64,000 nucleotides of DNA from Callorhinchus milii (taxonomy: Eukaryota), in the NCBI RefSeq assembly GCF_018977255.1, contig NW_024704742.1, forward strand, positions 100,256,001-100,320,000, in the 5' to 3' direction. Below, piece after piece: positions 36,132 through 51,100 of this stretch; position 1 is the first letter of the stretch; every line of letters starts with the position of its first letter. The translations under genes were made by a program, and so were the position numbers. The notes beneath the pieces were generated by a model. That model did not search any database and was not told the DNA's origin. It worked only from the letters and a program-made list of their open reading frames with translations.

Positions 36132-39100
36132 GTAAGTTAGAGCCGAGGCTCAGCTCAGGCCTTGTGCTTACGGGGGGTCAGGCCTAGTGTTTACAGTGTG
36201 AGGGGGTCAGGCCTAGTGTTTACAGTGTGGGGGGTCAGGCCTAGTGTTTACAGTGTGGGGGGTCAGGCCTAGTGTTTACAGTGTGAGGGGGGGGTCAGGC
36301 CTAGTGTTTACAGTGTGGGGGGGTCAGGCCTAGTGTTTACAATGTGGGGGGGGGGGTCAGGCCTAGTGTTTACAGTGTGAGGGGGGGGTCAGGCCTAGTG
36401 TTTACAGTGTGGGGGGGGGTCAGGCCTAGTGTTTACAGTGTGAGGGGGGGGGTCAGGCCTAGTGCTTACAGTGTGAGGGGGTCAGGCCTAGTGTTTACAG
36501 TGTGTGGGGGGGGTCAGGCCTAGTGTTTACAGTGTGAGGGGGGGGGTCAGGCCTAGTGTTTACGGGTGGGGGGGGTCAGGCCTAGTGTTTACAGTGTGAG
36601 GGGGGGGTCAGGCCTAGTGCTTACAGTGTGAGGGGGTCAGGCCTAGTGTTTACAGTGTGTGGGGGGGGTCAGGCCTAGTGTTTACAGTGTGAGGGGGGGT
36701 CAGGCCTAGTGTTTACGGGGTGGGGGGGGGTCAGGCCTAGTGTTTACGGGGTGGGGGGGGTCAGGCCTAGTGTTTACAGTGTGAGGGGGGGTCAGGCCTA
36801 GTGTTTACAGTGTGAGGGGGTCAGGCCTAGTGTTTACGGGGTGGGGGGGGGTCAGGCCTAGTGTTTACAGTGTGAGGGGGGGGTCAGGCCTAGTGTTTAC
36901 AGTGTTAGGGGGTCAGGCCTAGTGTTTACGGGGGGGGGGGGGGGTCAGGCCTAGTGTTTACGGGGGGGGGGGGGGTCAGGCCTAGTGTTTACAGTGTGGG
37001 GGGGGGGTCAGGCCTAGTGTTTACAGTGTGAGGGGGTCAGGCCTAGTGTTTACGGGGTGGGGGGAGGGTCAGGCCTAGTGTTTACGGGGTGGGGGGGGGT
37101 CAGGCCTAGTGTTTACAGTGTGGGGGGGTCAGGCCTAGTGTTTACGGGTGGGGGGGTCAGGCCTAGTGTTTACAGTGTGGGGGGGGGGGGTCAGGCCTAG
37201 TGTTTACAGTGTGAGGGGGTCAGGCCTAGTGTTTACGGGGTGGGGGGGGGCGGTCAGGCCTAGTGTTTACGGGGTGGGGGGGGGGTCAGGCCTAGTGTTT
37301 ACGGGGTGGGGGGGGGGGTCAGGCCTAGTGTTTACGGGGGTGGGGGGGGTCAGGCCTAGTGTTTACAGTGTGAGGGGGTCAGGCCTAGTGTTTACGGGGT
37401 GGGGGGGGTCAGGCCTAGTGTTTACAGTGTGGGGGGGGGGGTCAGGCCTAGTGTTTACAGTGTGAGGGGGTCAGGCCTAGTGTTTACGGGGTGGGGGGAG
37501 GGGTCAGGCCTAGTGTTTACGGGGTGGGGGGGGGGGTCAGGCCTAGTGTTTACAGTGTGGGGGGGTCAGGCCTAGTGTTTACGGGGTGGGGGGGGTCAGG
37601 CCTAGTGTTTACAGTGTGGGGGGGGGGGGGGTCAGGCCTAGTGTTTACAGTGTGAGGGGGTCAGGCCTAGTGTTTACGGGGTGGGGGGGGGTCAGGCCTA
37701 GTGTTTACAGTGTGAGGGGTCAGGCCTAGTGTTTACGGGGTGGGGGGGGGGGTCAGGCCTAGTGTTTACGGGGTGGGGGGGTCAGACCTAGTGTTTACGG
37801 GGTGGGAGGAGGTCAGGCCTAGTGTTTACGGGGTGGGGGGGGGTCAGGCCTAGTGTTTACGGGGGTGGGGGCGGGTCAGGCCTAGTGTTTACGGGGTGGG
37901 GGGGTCAGGCCTAGTGTTTACGTGGTAGGGGGGCGGGTCAGACCTAGTGTTTACGGGGTGGGGGGAGGTCAGGCCTAGTCTTTACGGGGTGGGGGGGGTC
38001 AGGCCTAGTGTTTACGGGGTGGGGGGAGTCAGGCTTAGTGTTTACGGGGTGGGGGGGGGGTCAGGCCTAGTGTTTACGGGGTGGGAGGGGTGGTCAGGCC
38101 TAGTGTTTACGTGGTAGGGGGCGGGTCAGACCTAGTGTTTACGGTGTGGGGGGGGGGGGGGGGGTCAGGCCTAGTGTTTACGGGGTGGGGGGGGTCAGGC
38201 CTAGTGTTTACGGGGGGGGGGGGTTAGGCCTAGTGTTTACGGGGTGGGGGGTGGGGGTCAGGCCTAGTGTTTGCTGGTCACCAGGTAACAGAGGCAATGG
38301 CGTATTCAGTTACTGTGAGTGTGAATATTCACGTTGACACTGACAATTCAGTCCTCCCCTCCTCCACCCTCACTATCCCATCAGAACTGTCTTAATAATA
38401 ATAATTGATTTAATCTTTAATTGTGGAGTCCTGTAGCTCAGTGGTTAGAGCAAGTGAAAAACCCGGGTTCAATTCCCGGCAGGCGAAATGCTGGACAAGT
38501 TTCCTTACTCCACGTGCCTCGGTTTACCGAGCATTCAATAGGAACCTGGTTGTTGGTCAATTGGCGGATCACTTTTCCGGGTGGTAATCCCTCGATGAAC
38601 CCCATCAATCTGAATTTCGTGCTGCTCACAACACAGAGGCAGCCCTGGTCAAAGTGACGAATGACATTCTGTCCACCTGCGACCAGGGCTCACTCTGTCT
38701 CCTCGTCCTTCTTGACCTCTCGGCCACTTTCGATACTGTTGACCATTCTGTTCTTCTCCGCCGCCTCTTCTCTCACCTCCACCTCAATGGTTCTGTTCTT
38801 GCCTGGATCCTATCCTACCTTTCCCACTGTCTGTAGTTCGTGGCCATCAACGGCTTCTCTTCTAGCCCCCGCACTGTCAAGTGTGGCATCCCTGTCCTCA
38901 GTCCCCTCCTCTTCAATCAATACATGCTCCAGCTCGGTGATGTTAACTGTAGGCATGGGGTGGATGACACCCAACTGTACCTCTCTGCCTCCATCCTCGA
39001 CTCCAAAACTGTTGATGTCCTGGCTAATTGTCAGTCTGACATCAAGTTCTGGATGAGAGCCAACTTCCACCAGCTCAATGTTGGCAAGTCAGAGGCTCTC

Positions 39101-42100
39101 CTGCTTGGCTCCCGGCAGCGTTTTCTCAGCCACTGACACTGTCACCATTCATGCTGCACTCTTCACCTCACCGAGCCAATTCAAAACCTTGGTGACCTTT
39201 TCGACCCTCAGCTATCCTTCAAACCCCACGTTCGTAACGTGGCCCGTTCTGCCTTTCCACACCTCGGCGAAATTGCCCACCTCTGCACCTGCCTCTCACC
39301 GCAGGCCGCTGAGACCCTGATCCATGCTTTCATTATGTCCCGGCTTGACTACGCCAACTGCCTGCTCACTGGACTTCCCAACTCTTCCCTCCACAAGCTG
39401 AAGATTATTCAGAACTTTGCAGCTTGTGTCCTCTTCAGCACCTGGCTCCCGGAGCCCATCACCCCTTTCTTGCCTGGCTTCATTGGCTCACCATTCCTCA
39501 GAGAATCGAGTGCAAAACTCTCATTCTTACCTTCAAGGCCCTCCGTGGTCTTGTTCCCCCCTACTTCTCCGATTTCATAACCCCCTATCAGCCTGTCCAC
39601 TTCCTTCGCTCGCAGACACTGGCCTGATTCAGGTCCTCCACACTTCCCGCTCCACCATTGGCGGCATTGAGCAACTCTGTCCCCACACTCTGGAACTCTA
39701 TCCCGAAATCCATCCGCCTCACCCCCTCCCTTGCCTCCTTCAAGTCCCGTCTGAAGACCTTCCTCTTCGATCCTGCCTTCGTCCACTCTCCCACCCCCAC
39801 ACTGCCTGCCCTCCTCCCCTTCTGACCTCAACTCCCAGCTCGCGTCCAAAACCCCTGATTGTCCAGAGCCCTGGGACATCTTTCCAACGTGAAGGGTGTT
39901 CTACAAGTGTAAGTTGTTGTAATATTCCCTTAAAAAAATTAGTAAATCCGTCACTCAATCCATGATTATGTGTGGGACACTGCTGTGAGCAATTGGTTGC
40001 TGCATTTTGCCCACAAAAGCATAGTCAGTTCACTTGAAAGTATATTCTGTGAAGCGCAGTGTATTCTGTGAAGCGCTTTGAGACATCTTGAAAACGTGAT
40101 AAGGCGCTATATCAAATGCAAGGATTATTATTATTACTGCTCAAATGCCCTCCTTGCCGGTCTCCCCAGCTCCATTATCCACAAAATCCAGTTAATCCAA
40201 AACTCCACCGCCTGCATACTCACCCGTACTAAACTCTATATGCCCATCACACCAGTTCTAGCCAGGCTCCACTGGCTCCTACCACCAAGTGGATCGATTT
40301 CAAGATCTTCACACTGGTCTTCAAATCTCTTCATGACCTGGGACATCCCTACCTTTCTGACCTGCTTACTCCCCAACCCACTACCCGCTGCCTCTGCTCG
40401 AATACCTCTGTTCCACCAACGGTGGCTGTGCTTTGAGCCACTATGCCCTGAAACTCTGGAACACTCTTCCCTCAATCCCTCCATCTTGCCTCATCTTTTC
40501 TCATCTTCAGTTGCGCCTCTTTGACTCTGCCTATTGTTACCTCCCCCTGGTTCAGCGCCTTTCTCCACCACTGTTAAGCTCTTTGGGATGCTACCCTGTG
40601 TGAGGGCTGCTATATAAATGCAAGTTGTTTATTATATTTGTATGCATTGACCATCAGTCCACGACTGTTTGTGGGATACTACTGTGCACAATTGGCTGCT
40701 GTGTTTCACCCACAAAATACAGTCACTTCACTTTACAGTATAAGCGAAGCGCTTTGAGAGATCTGAATGACGTGATAAGGCGCGATATCGAATGCAAGGA
40801 TTATTATTAAACAGTCAGTACTCTTTCCAGTAAATACTGTGAAGTGCTTTAATATGTTTGGACAGTATGTTGAGGTGCTATATCAGATTCAAAGATATTT
40901 TTTGTATTGTGTTCCTTTATTAAAACCACAGTAGCTTAAATGCTAGACTGATGGTTGTACATACAATATTAAGAATTTTGTGTAATAAAGTTGTGGAGAA
41001 TGGACGCTTTTGTTCCTGGGTTTGAACCCAGGTCACCAGGTAGCAATTTGTGTCATGTAACCTTTGTGGTACTGTGGCTCAGGTTGATAGCACTCTTGCC
41101 TCCCAAACAGATAGTTGTGGATTCAAGTCCCACGTGAGGACTTTAAACTCGTATAGTTTGGCTGCAACTTCAATACTGTGCTGTTGGAGATGCCGTCCTT
41201 CGGATGAGGCATTGAAATGAGGTCCTGACAGTATTCGTAGACATTAAAGATCGCATGGCATTATTCAAAAAGAGTAGTTTCTCTTGGTCAACAATCCCCC
41301 TAATAAAATTCGCTGTCCTGTTTGCCTACACTTTAGTGTACAATTTACAGTACAACAACAACTTGCACTTATAGCACCCTTCTTCAGGGTAGTGTCTCAG
41401 ATTGCTTAACAGTGGCGGAGCCTGACTCCAAGCCGTGGGGGAGGTGACTGTAAGCACAGTTGAAAAGGAAGGTTTTGGGGATTTTAGAGTACACTACTCA
41501 TACCTAGTATCATCTAGTAAATCTCTGCACTTTTGCCACCCAGCTAAGCAATCGTCTCTTGTCATTCCATGTTTAATTATTTAATTAAATCAGTAGTGGA
41601 ATTGTTAAAGTTTTCTGCGTTTGACTGAAATGGTAGGGTAAGTCTTGGGGTGGGGGGGGGGAGAGGAACAATAGAGAATTGCTTGTAATTAGCTTAAAGT
41701 TATTGAGATTTTTTGCAAATTCCAGTGAGTGAACTAGAAGTTCTCAAGTGGTTGCTGAAAGTAGATTTGTTTTTGTCACACAGTCCAATTCTAACTCTTG
41801 TCATTGGAATACAGTAGGAAATTGTGTGTGCGTGGCGCAGAGAACCGAACATATCCATGTTTGACAACTAGACTTTTGATTCATCTCAATATTTGATGAG
41901 TGACAGTTCCATCACTTAGTCATGTGTAAATTCCACAATTTAAATGGGTTTTGCAAAAGCTACTGCGAGAGGCGATTGTTTTAACTTTTTGGTGAGAGTC
42001 CTGCCTTGGTAACCTTTTGTTGGGTGAATATACTTCTCCAATTTTTTTTCCTATCAAGTCCATGGGTGCAAGCAGCACGTCAGTACCTTGCCATAAGTAG

Positions 42101-45100
42101 TCATGTGAACCTAGATGCTGAATATTGACATGTTGTTGGTGCATTGAGGATATCTCAATCAAGCCCAATCTCCTGTCGTCATCTAAAATCTACGCGTTAT
42201 ACTAACAGTCTAAGCCATTGGGAATGAGAATTCTGGCTGATTTCTCTCCACACTAAGCCCGGGGACAATGAGGTCAGTTTCATTATCTCCAATGATGATC
42301 TTCTGAGATCAGCTAACTTAACCCAGATCAGGGATCACACCTGTCACATTATTATAGTAATAATAATCCTTGCCTTTGATATAGCACTTTTCACATCTTC
42401 TCGACGACTCAAAGCGCTTCACAGAATAGACTGTAAAGTGAATGGACTGTATATTTGTGGGCGAACGCAGTAGCCAATTGCGCACAGCAGTGTCCCACAA
42501 ACAGTCATGGATTGAAAAATGACCAATTTATTATTGTTTTGTTTTTTGGAGGGATTATTATTAGGTGTGTGGAGTAAGGAAACTTGCCCAAGGTTTCTCC
42601 CTGCCTGGAATTGAACCCAGTGTCTCACTTGCAAAGCAAGTGCTCTAACCACTGAGCTACAGGACACATTCTGTGTCCTTGTGGTGCATTTGACTTCCTG
42701 AGTCTTCAGGAAAGCCTCTTTTGCTTTTCTACTCGAAACCGTTTCTTTAATAGTTTTGTTTGAAATGTTGAATGTCTATTTCAATGTCTGATTTGGAAGC
42801 TCGTGGCACCAACAACAGGTTACATTTACCCCCACGGTTTAATTGATTTAGGGTTTTAGTTGATGTTACCTTAGCTACATTAAGCTAAGCTTGGTTCATT
42901 AACTCCTTCAAGCCAGTTTTCTAGATGTTATCAACAAATTTGTGATTCAAGCAAACATTTTAAATATCAACAGAGGGAAACGTTAAATCACCAACAACAA
43001 TTTTACGTTTATGTAAAATTTATGTAAAATTGCATGCCCGCGAGGATGTCTCAAATCGCAGAGCCAACTGGAACCTAGCTGGGAGTAAAGGGAGCTGAAG
43101 ATGGTGGGGTGGGGGAAAGTAAGACGACTAAAAGTGCAGTCAAAAAGAAAGTTCTTAAGTTGATCTTTAAAGAAGGATAAGCATAATCAAGCTTCACGCC
43201 CCGCCGCGCCCCCCGGCCCCCCCGCATGCTGGCTCTCCAACCTGATCTCCCTACAGTGTATATGTGTATGTGCTGCTTCTGCTCAACTGGCACCAGCCTC
43301 CTCCTTTTTCCCCAGATCCTCCACCCCACCATTGGTGGCCGTGCTTCAGTCACTACGTCCAGAAGCTGTGGAACTCTCTCCCTTTCCCACCTCCTCATTT
43401 TCAGATCGCGATTGAAGATCTTCCTCTTCATCTGTGCTTATGGTCACCGTCCCCCCCCCTCCCGGCTAGGCCTCGGGCTCCGCCACTGTTAAGCGTTCCG
43501 AGACGGTGTCCGGTGTGAAGGACGCTATAGAAATGAAAATTGTTTTTAAGCTTATTGTATTTGCGAACTTTTTAAAAATTGTTCACACTACAAATAGAGT
43601 ATAAATGCAGAATTCTTTTAGAGCTTTACTTTGCTTGGTAACGCTAATCTTGTTCGCCACAGGTCGACATTTTCCAAAACGCCCGCGCCACAAAATTGTG
43701 GTGGAAGCTCGATTCGATGGAGAATTGTTGGCCACAGATCCAGTGGACCACAAGGACCAGCCTGAGTTTGTTACTGAACTGGGCTGGGAGATTGACAGAA
43801 AATCACTCTATCAGCACAGGTATGATATTAGTCAACCTTCTGACAATGGAGGTATTGCTACCAAATATTTGCCAATTAAACACTTGTACTGATTCGTATT
43901 TTCTGATGACATTTCACTTTTACAGGTTTAAAAATCATAAACTACAAGAACTTAGATTCCAGTCCTGTAGTCACTCCCACATGCATTTTTTTGCCACAAT
44001 ATATGCATACTGTGAAGCTAATGGGGTAGTTTTATTTCGTTCTGTGGTGCAATACTACGCATTAATCATGTGGTAGTGTCCTTTGTGCTCTATTAAAAAC
44101 AAACCATCCAGTGGCCAAACCGTCCATCCTGTCAGGCATTGTGTTCAAAGTCCTGCAAATTTTGTGTTTAGGAGTCCTGTAGCTCAGTGGTTAGAGGACT
44201 CGCCTCGCAAGCGAGAGACCTGGGTTTGATTCCGGCAGGGTGAAACCTTGGGTAAGTTTCTTTACTCCACACGCCTGATAATAATCCTTAAGAAAAAAAC
44301 AAAAATTGATCACTTCAGTCCATGACTGTTTGACTGCCGTGTTTCACCCACAAATATACAATCAATTCACTTTACAGTCTATTCTGTGAAGTGCTTTGAG
44401 ACGTCTAGAAGACTTGAAAAAGTGCTATATGCAAGGATTATTTATTCTAACATAGTCAGCCATCCTACAGGGGCTTCATTTACATTCCTGGGACAGCTTC
44501 TTTGATCTAACCTGAGAACTGATCTGAAGTTCCCTAGCCCCCAAGAAACACAAAATCAGCATTGTTTTAAATCATTTTGTGAAAATCTTAGGATTTGCAA
44601 AACCTTTTTTGTTATAATGTAATAATAATAATCCTTGCATTTGATATAGTGCTTTCTCACGTCTTCGAGACGCCTCAAAACGCTTCATAGAATATACTGT
44701 AAAGTGAATTGACTGTATATTGTGGGTGAAACGTTGTTGCACAAAATGGAGGCTGGTACAGTGAAGTGAGTATGACTAGGTTTCAGAATTTGAAATAGGG
44801 AAAATATATTGCTTGAAAACTTAAATCTTCCTAAACCTGGGTGTGACTCAATTTATTGTTCAGCATTGAGACGCAAGCAATTGCAGGAAACTTTAAACTG
44901 AAAAGCAGCATGAGATCTCTTTATATTTTTAGTTGTTTAATCCATCTTTAAACTTGTGTTTAAACTATTACGTATTGCTAATCTCAAGATGTTTGTTTGT
45001 ACTACAGGTTACAACGTACTCCTATCAAACTCCATTGTTATGCAATAGATTCTTTGTCCTCAGCAAAGGAGTCTGTGGGCTACATCATTTTGGATTTGAG

Positions 45101-48100
45101 ATCTGTTCAGGAGACAAAGCAGGTGTGTGTTTATGTGCAATCTCGATATTTAACATTTAAAATTGAACCAATTTGTGAGGTACAGAATGAATTTGTGGAG
45201 CTCAATCTTACTTGCGGGCTAGAAGAAAGTAATATTTTACTGTTGCATGTCGGATTACGACCAGATTGGGCTCAGGTATGAACTTGTCCTCTCCAACCTT
45301 TGCGGCCATGATATTCTTAGTTTGAAGATTGATGAATCATCTTGGCCATTACATTCTCCAGCCCACAGTGCCACTTTGTGAACCAGTCTGCAGACATAAA
45401 TAAGAGTGTGAGTGATGCAGCCCAAAGTTCATTGGGTTTATTTGAGTTTTTATTTGAAAAATATAGCCTGTTAACTACAATACTTGCATAAATTAAAAAA
45501 CCCTCTTCTAATAATTAGATAACTTGCTTTTCTTTGTTTTTCTTTTTCTGCTGTCTTTGCTGGAAGAATGGCATTTTGTCACTTAGTTTTGCTTCCAGCA
45601 ATATACTCAGCTGTTAATTGTGTAAAATGCAACTACGAATTGGAAATTACTTACAAAAGTAGAGTCCCTTTTGATGGGTTTAAAAGAGTTTGCTGATTAT
45701 TACTCGATATACTATACTATATATTAAATATTTCTGTATGTCCGGCATGTTTTCACTAGACTCCCAAGTGGTATCCTTTGCTGAGCAGCAAGTACACAAA
45801 ATGTAAACCCGAGGTCCAGATTGCTATTGTTTTAGAGACTGATGCTAAGCCACAGCCAGAAGTTTTCAAAGCTAGAAAAGCACCACCCAGAGATGATAAG
45901 AGTAAGTATTTAATTTTTTTTATTAATAATTATTTTTGATCTGAATTTTGTTCCCTCAGTTGCATTCACTTCATACATACATACTGCTGAAAGGCGAGTC
46001 AAACAGGATACTGATTTTCCAAAGGTTTGAGCATAGATATATTGTTGCTTAATTTAATATGTTACTTTTGTTTCCAATTCTACATTGCATAGTTTCAAGC
46101 ACAGGAAAATGTTGAATTGCTTGTAAATGAATAAATGAAGAACATTATAATTTTTATGACCCAAATGACACTGAATGCAGAATGCGTGTACATTTCATGA
46201 AGAGTTATTGTAGTGCACCAAACCCTTGGAGTGTGCTGAAGGCCACAAAGGAATTTTGTTTCTGTGGGTCTCAGGAGCATTTTATTTTCCTGACACTCAT
46301 TGTGTGGACTCGAGTACATTCGTTGTTGATGAATAATGTGAACATTGTTGTTTTGGCAACAAAAAATATGCCCTAAAAAGGTATAGCTGGAGACAACTAT
46401 GCAAAGCATCTGTGTCACAAACTTGTGGAGTCCTGTAGCGTAATGGCTTGAGCACTCTCCTCACAAGCGAGAGGACCTTGGTTCGATACCCGGGCAGGGC
46501 AAAACACTGGGCAAGTTTTTACTCCACACGTTTCTGTTTACCTAGCAGTAAATAGGAACCCAGTTGTTAGTTGATTGGCGAATTGCTTTTCTGGAGGTAA
46601 TAATCCCTTTTTTAAAAAAAGGGATCACTCAATCTACGACTGTTTGTGGGGACACAGTGCTGTGTGCAATTGGTTGCCGCATATTGCCCACAAATATACA
46701 GTCAATATATTATATTATATTATTATATAGCTCTTATACATAAGTTTGGCAATACAATACTGGAGTACTTTCAGGCAAATCAGAATTTTACCATAGGCTA
46801 ATAGTCTATCAACCATTTTGTTTTAGTCTAACGTGAGGTTCAGCAACCCAATGATTAACTGCATTGAACTTCTTAACATTAACTTAAGATTTACTAATGA
46901 CTACATCATAACAATTTCAGGGTAATTTGCTGAGGATTTGAAGAGGAACAGTGTAAAATGGTATAGAGAAAACAAAGAATTAGGATCAGATTATATAGCT
47001 CTAGTGGAGGGGCCAACAGGAGCATAGACTAGATGGCTGAATAGCTTCATTTTTTTACTGTATTTTATGAGCAATTAGAAAGCAAGAACTTGTGTTTTCA
47101 TAGTGGGTCATCATATCAAAGATTCAAGTGTTTTACATTCATTTCTGCTAATTGGGCGGCCATTATTGTAGGAGTTAGTTTTGGTTTGAGTACTAATCCC
47201 CACAGGGAAAAGGTGGTGTGGCTGATTTGGATTGATACTGAATGTTTGGATAATTTTTAAGACTCATTTTTTTGTTCCTGTCACTTTTCTGGAGAACAGA
47301 AAGATGACTCTCGGATGTTGTTGGTAGACTTTAATCCTATAATCCTTTCATTTTTATAACACCTTTCATGTTGCGAGGATGCCCCAAAGTGCTTCACAGG
47401 ATATTTTGTAAAGTGGAATATGTTTTGTGGGTGATATGACAACCAAGTTGCATGCAGAAAAATCCCCACAAGGCATTCAGTGAATGACCAATTTTATTTG
47501 GGGAATTATTGGCCCAGGACACCAGAGGAAACAAAAATCCCTTCTCTTTTTCAATAGTGCCACAGGATCTTTAACGCCCACCTGAAAGGGCAGTTTAATG
47601 TCTCATCTGAATGCAACTCCGACAATGCAGCAAACCCCCAGCACTATAATAATAATAATAATCCTTGCATTTGATATAGTGCTTTTCAAAGGGCTTCACA
47701 GAATATACTGTAAAATGAATTGACTGTATATTTTGTGGGCGAAACGCTGTAACCAACTGCGCATAGCAGTGCACAATTGGCTGTATACAATGTTGACTAT
47801 ATTGGAAGGTCAACTTAGATATGAGTTCCAAGCTATGACGTGGACCTTGAATCCATGACTTTCTGACACAAGAGGCAAGAGTGAGCACTGAGCTCGTCTG
47901 ATTCACTTTGGCACTGAATGTATCCTGCCTGGCTGTGAACTGATTTGTTGGGTGGGTGACCAATATTATGGTGAAGTCTTAATGGTTGTTGATTTGGTGG
48001 CCTTCCAGTTGAACATCAAGCATTGTTTTTACACCCATGCCCAGTTTTCTCTATCTGCCTGCGGTAATTGTTACTCCACCAAATTATTGCTTTCATCTTA

Positions 48101-51100
48101 ACCTGCCCCAGTTTATCTAAGTGATCTTAGAGCCAACTTTATTATATTTCTTAGATTTATACTAACTTTTATTGGAGCTATCTTTAAACTAAATGGGGGA
48201 AACTTTTTGAGTTTGTTCTCCTTTGCCCCCCCCCCACCCATCTTATTTCAATATACCTTTCAATGCATGCCCAGTGCCCTCTGGAGCTATATCCAAGTAA
48301 CCATTGGTTGTGTGTGAATTGAGATAGTCAGTATTACCCTGGATTACTGTGGACCTGTCTGGTTCAGGAACTGGACTACTTGAGACCACCACAGAGGGTT
48401 GGCTCAATTCTGGCATTATGTTGCCAAACATGTCACCTTAGAGCCAGTTCACCTCCAAAGAGACCTCACTTACCCCCAGAAGTAAAGTCACCAATTGATC
48501 ATTTGGTATCCGCTGCTGTATTGGCTAAGATCAGCTAGCACAGCATGAAGGGGAGATCAAACCTGGACCTCTGCAATTTGTATTGCAGTTGCTTTACCAA
48601 CTGAGCTGTCAGAGAAGCCTGAATCATTTAAAACTACATGTGCTCTGTTTTAAAAGAACGTAGTGTTTTTAAAAATAACCTTTTTGACATCTGGTCAGAT
48701 AATTTTTGGCTTGCACGTACAACCAATGTATGATTTTTGTCAGCTGCTTGAATTATCCCAAATGTGTTCAGACCTGTCTCTGTCTTATTTTTCATTTATC
48801 TTCTACTTCCTTTCCATCTCCTGCATGTTTCACTGAAAAAAGCTTATGTTAGCACTGCTGTCAAACTTGGTAAAGTCCAACCATCCTGGAGTAGGGGAGG
48901 TGAGTTTGGTTTGTCAGTGGCTTCTAATTACAATTTCAAATGTATTTTTCTTGCATCTCTGTGTATCTAGCATTTTTGCTTTCAGCCACTATGCTCTGAA
49001 ACTGCCTGCTTCCTTTGCTTTGCCCCCTCCTCGTCCGTCTTCAGATCACACCTTAAGACCTTCCACTTTGACCTTGCCTCCTCATTCCTTGGCTCATCAT
49101 CAAGTTCAGCTGCTGTTAAGCGCTTAGACAATGCCCTGTGTGAAGGGTGCTGTTTAAATGCAAGTTGTTGTTATTGTCAAGGAAGGTGGGAAACACTTTT
49201 ATTTTGAAAGCTAGAAGAAGCATTTCATTATCCTAAATAGCCTGAAATATTTTAAGCAGAACATATATTTAAAATTACAGTTTGTTGCATGAAGACAGAT
49301 TAGTCTTGGGGGTTGTCATCTGTCTAATTGTATTTGCTAACTGTTTCCTTTGTAGTAGTTTGTATTGATGTAGGTGTGTATGGGGGATGGATTATTTTGC
49401 TTTTGAGCCCCAGTGGAATGTCTAAGTGGTAAGATTAAAGTGTTCTGTAAATGGGACAAATTAGTTACTTTATTCTGGGCTGAGACCTCCTTATAAACTG
49501 ACTAAATCTAAATAGCATAGACTATAAGATCAAATCCTAATTTGGGGTTTGAACCTACAATGTTCTGTGTGAATATGAATTGTATTGTTCCTGAACAGCT
49601 TGCTTGTGTGATGGTTCGATACCTGTGTCTTTTTTTGTGAAATTGCACAATTTTTTTTGATGTGATACATTCTAGGTTGTACTATAACCTTTTTTAAACG
49701 AAGTGAAGCAATGTAGCAGAACACAACCAATTATTGTGGTAGTTTAAGAAGTGCAGTGGTTGTTTCAAATGTGTATTTATTATTTTCAAGTACAAGGAGT
49801 AAAAACTTTCTGCCATACATACTACATATGACCAGTCTGTTTATATTAACTGTCTTATGGGCTGACTTACAATTTTTTTTCCTCTTTTTTAAAGAAACTC
49901 CACCCTTTCCTGATCTGAGCCACAAGAACCTCACACCAGTTCTGAACGAGGAAGAAAGCTATTATCAGATTGGACCTGTAGAACACTGCAGTGACTTCTT
50001 TGTGCTTTCTGTAACTATTGCATTTGCAACACAGTTAGAACAAGTGGGTGAAAATTTGATCCGAGTACAAGAATGCTAATATCAATGTTTTACTGCAGAA
50101 ATTATAATGTTTTTTTCTTTGAATATAAGTTGCTGATTTAATCCTGTGTGGCTTCAGATGTGTAGTTTACCGATCTTGGTAATAATACATGTAATTGTTA
50201 TGATGCCAAAAATGTTTAAACTTCTCAAAGCAATTCACTGGTAATTGCTGTCGATTGTGTATTTGTGGGCAAACCGGCAGTCATTTTGCACAGCAAGGTC
50301 CCAAAACAAAAAATGTATGGCCATTATATCTGGAGGAACATTATCTAGGACACTAAAAGAAACTCTCCTTATCTTTGCAAATAATGTTGTGGGATCTTTA
50401 ACATCTTTAATTTGAACAGGCATGTGGGCTTTTGGTTTAATGTCTCTTCTGATGAATGACTTCTCCGACAATATAGTGTTCTTCCAGTGCTATATTAGTG
50501 AGTCAACCTTGACTACGAGCTCCAGTCCTAACAAGGAGCTTGAACACAAAGTTCTGACTCAGAGGCAAGTGTATTACGAAGAGCCAGGCTGTGTCCCCAG
50601 TTTTCTGATTTCTCAGGCAGAATCTGGATTTATTTGAGAAAATTTGAGAATGAACCTGCATTCCACATCTCTTAACAATTGACAATTAATCTCATTGAAA
50701 TTATTTCACTCTTTCTGGTTGTGAAGTTATAATAGGGGGAAATGTTTGACAATGTTTAGCTATACTGATCTATTCTGAATAGAGGTTCTGTAATGTTCAT
50801 CTTTATGTCAACATGAATCGTAATGTATTAAACTTAGTTTAAATTAGGGGGATCCATAAATATACTTCAAGCACACATACATAACACTTGGATGGATTGA
50901 TTTTTGATCCAAGACTACTTTATATCCCTTTTCTGAGGATGGATCAGAGTGGGTGTGTAAACCGCACGTAAATTGAGGCAGTTCCTTTATCAGTGGGAAA
51001 TACCCACAGCTGGTTTGGTAATGGGAGTGAGCAGGGAATAGATTAAATGGCTCATATAGGACAAAATACCAGCACAAACTTGATGTGTTTCTGTGCTGTA

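Noticed and set aside
36155..38272. CRISPR-like repeat-spacer array
   Set aside because: Vertebrate intron; spacers are short low-complexity G runs rather than unique sequences; no cas genes.
38425..39919. SINE-head/L2 chimeric element
   Set aside because: The SINE 3' half resumes right after the L2 tail near 39920, so this is an L2 nested in a SINE.
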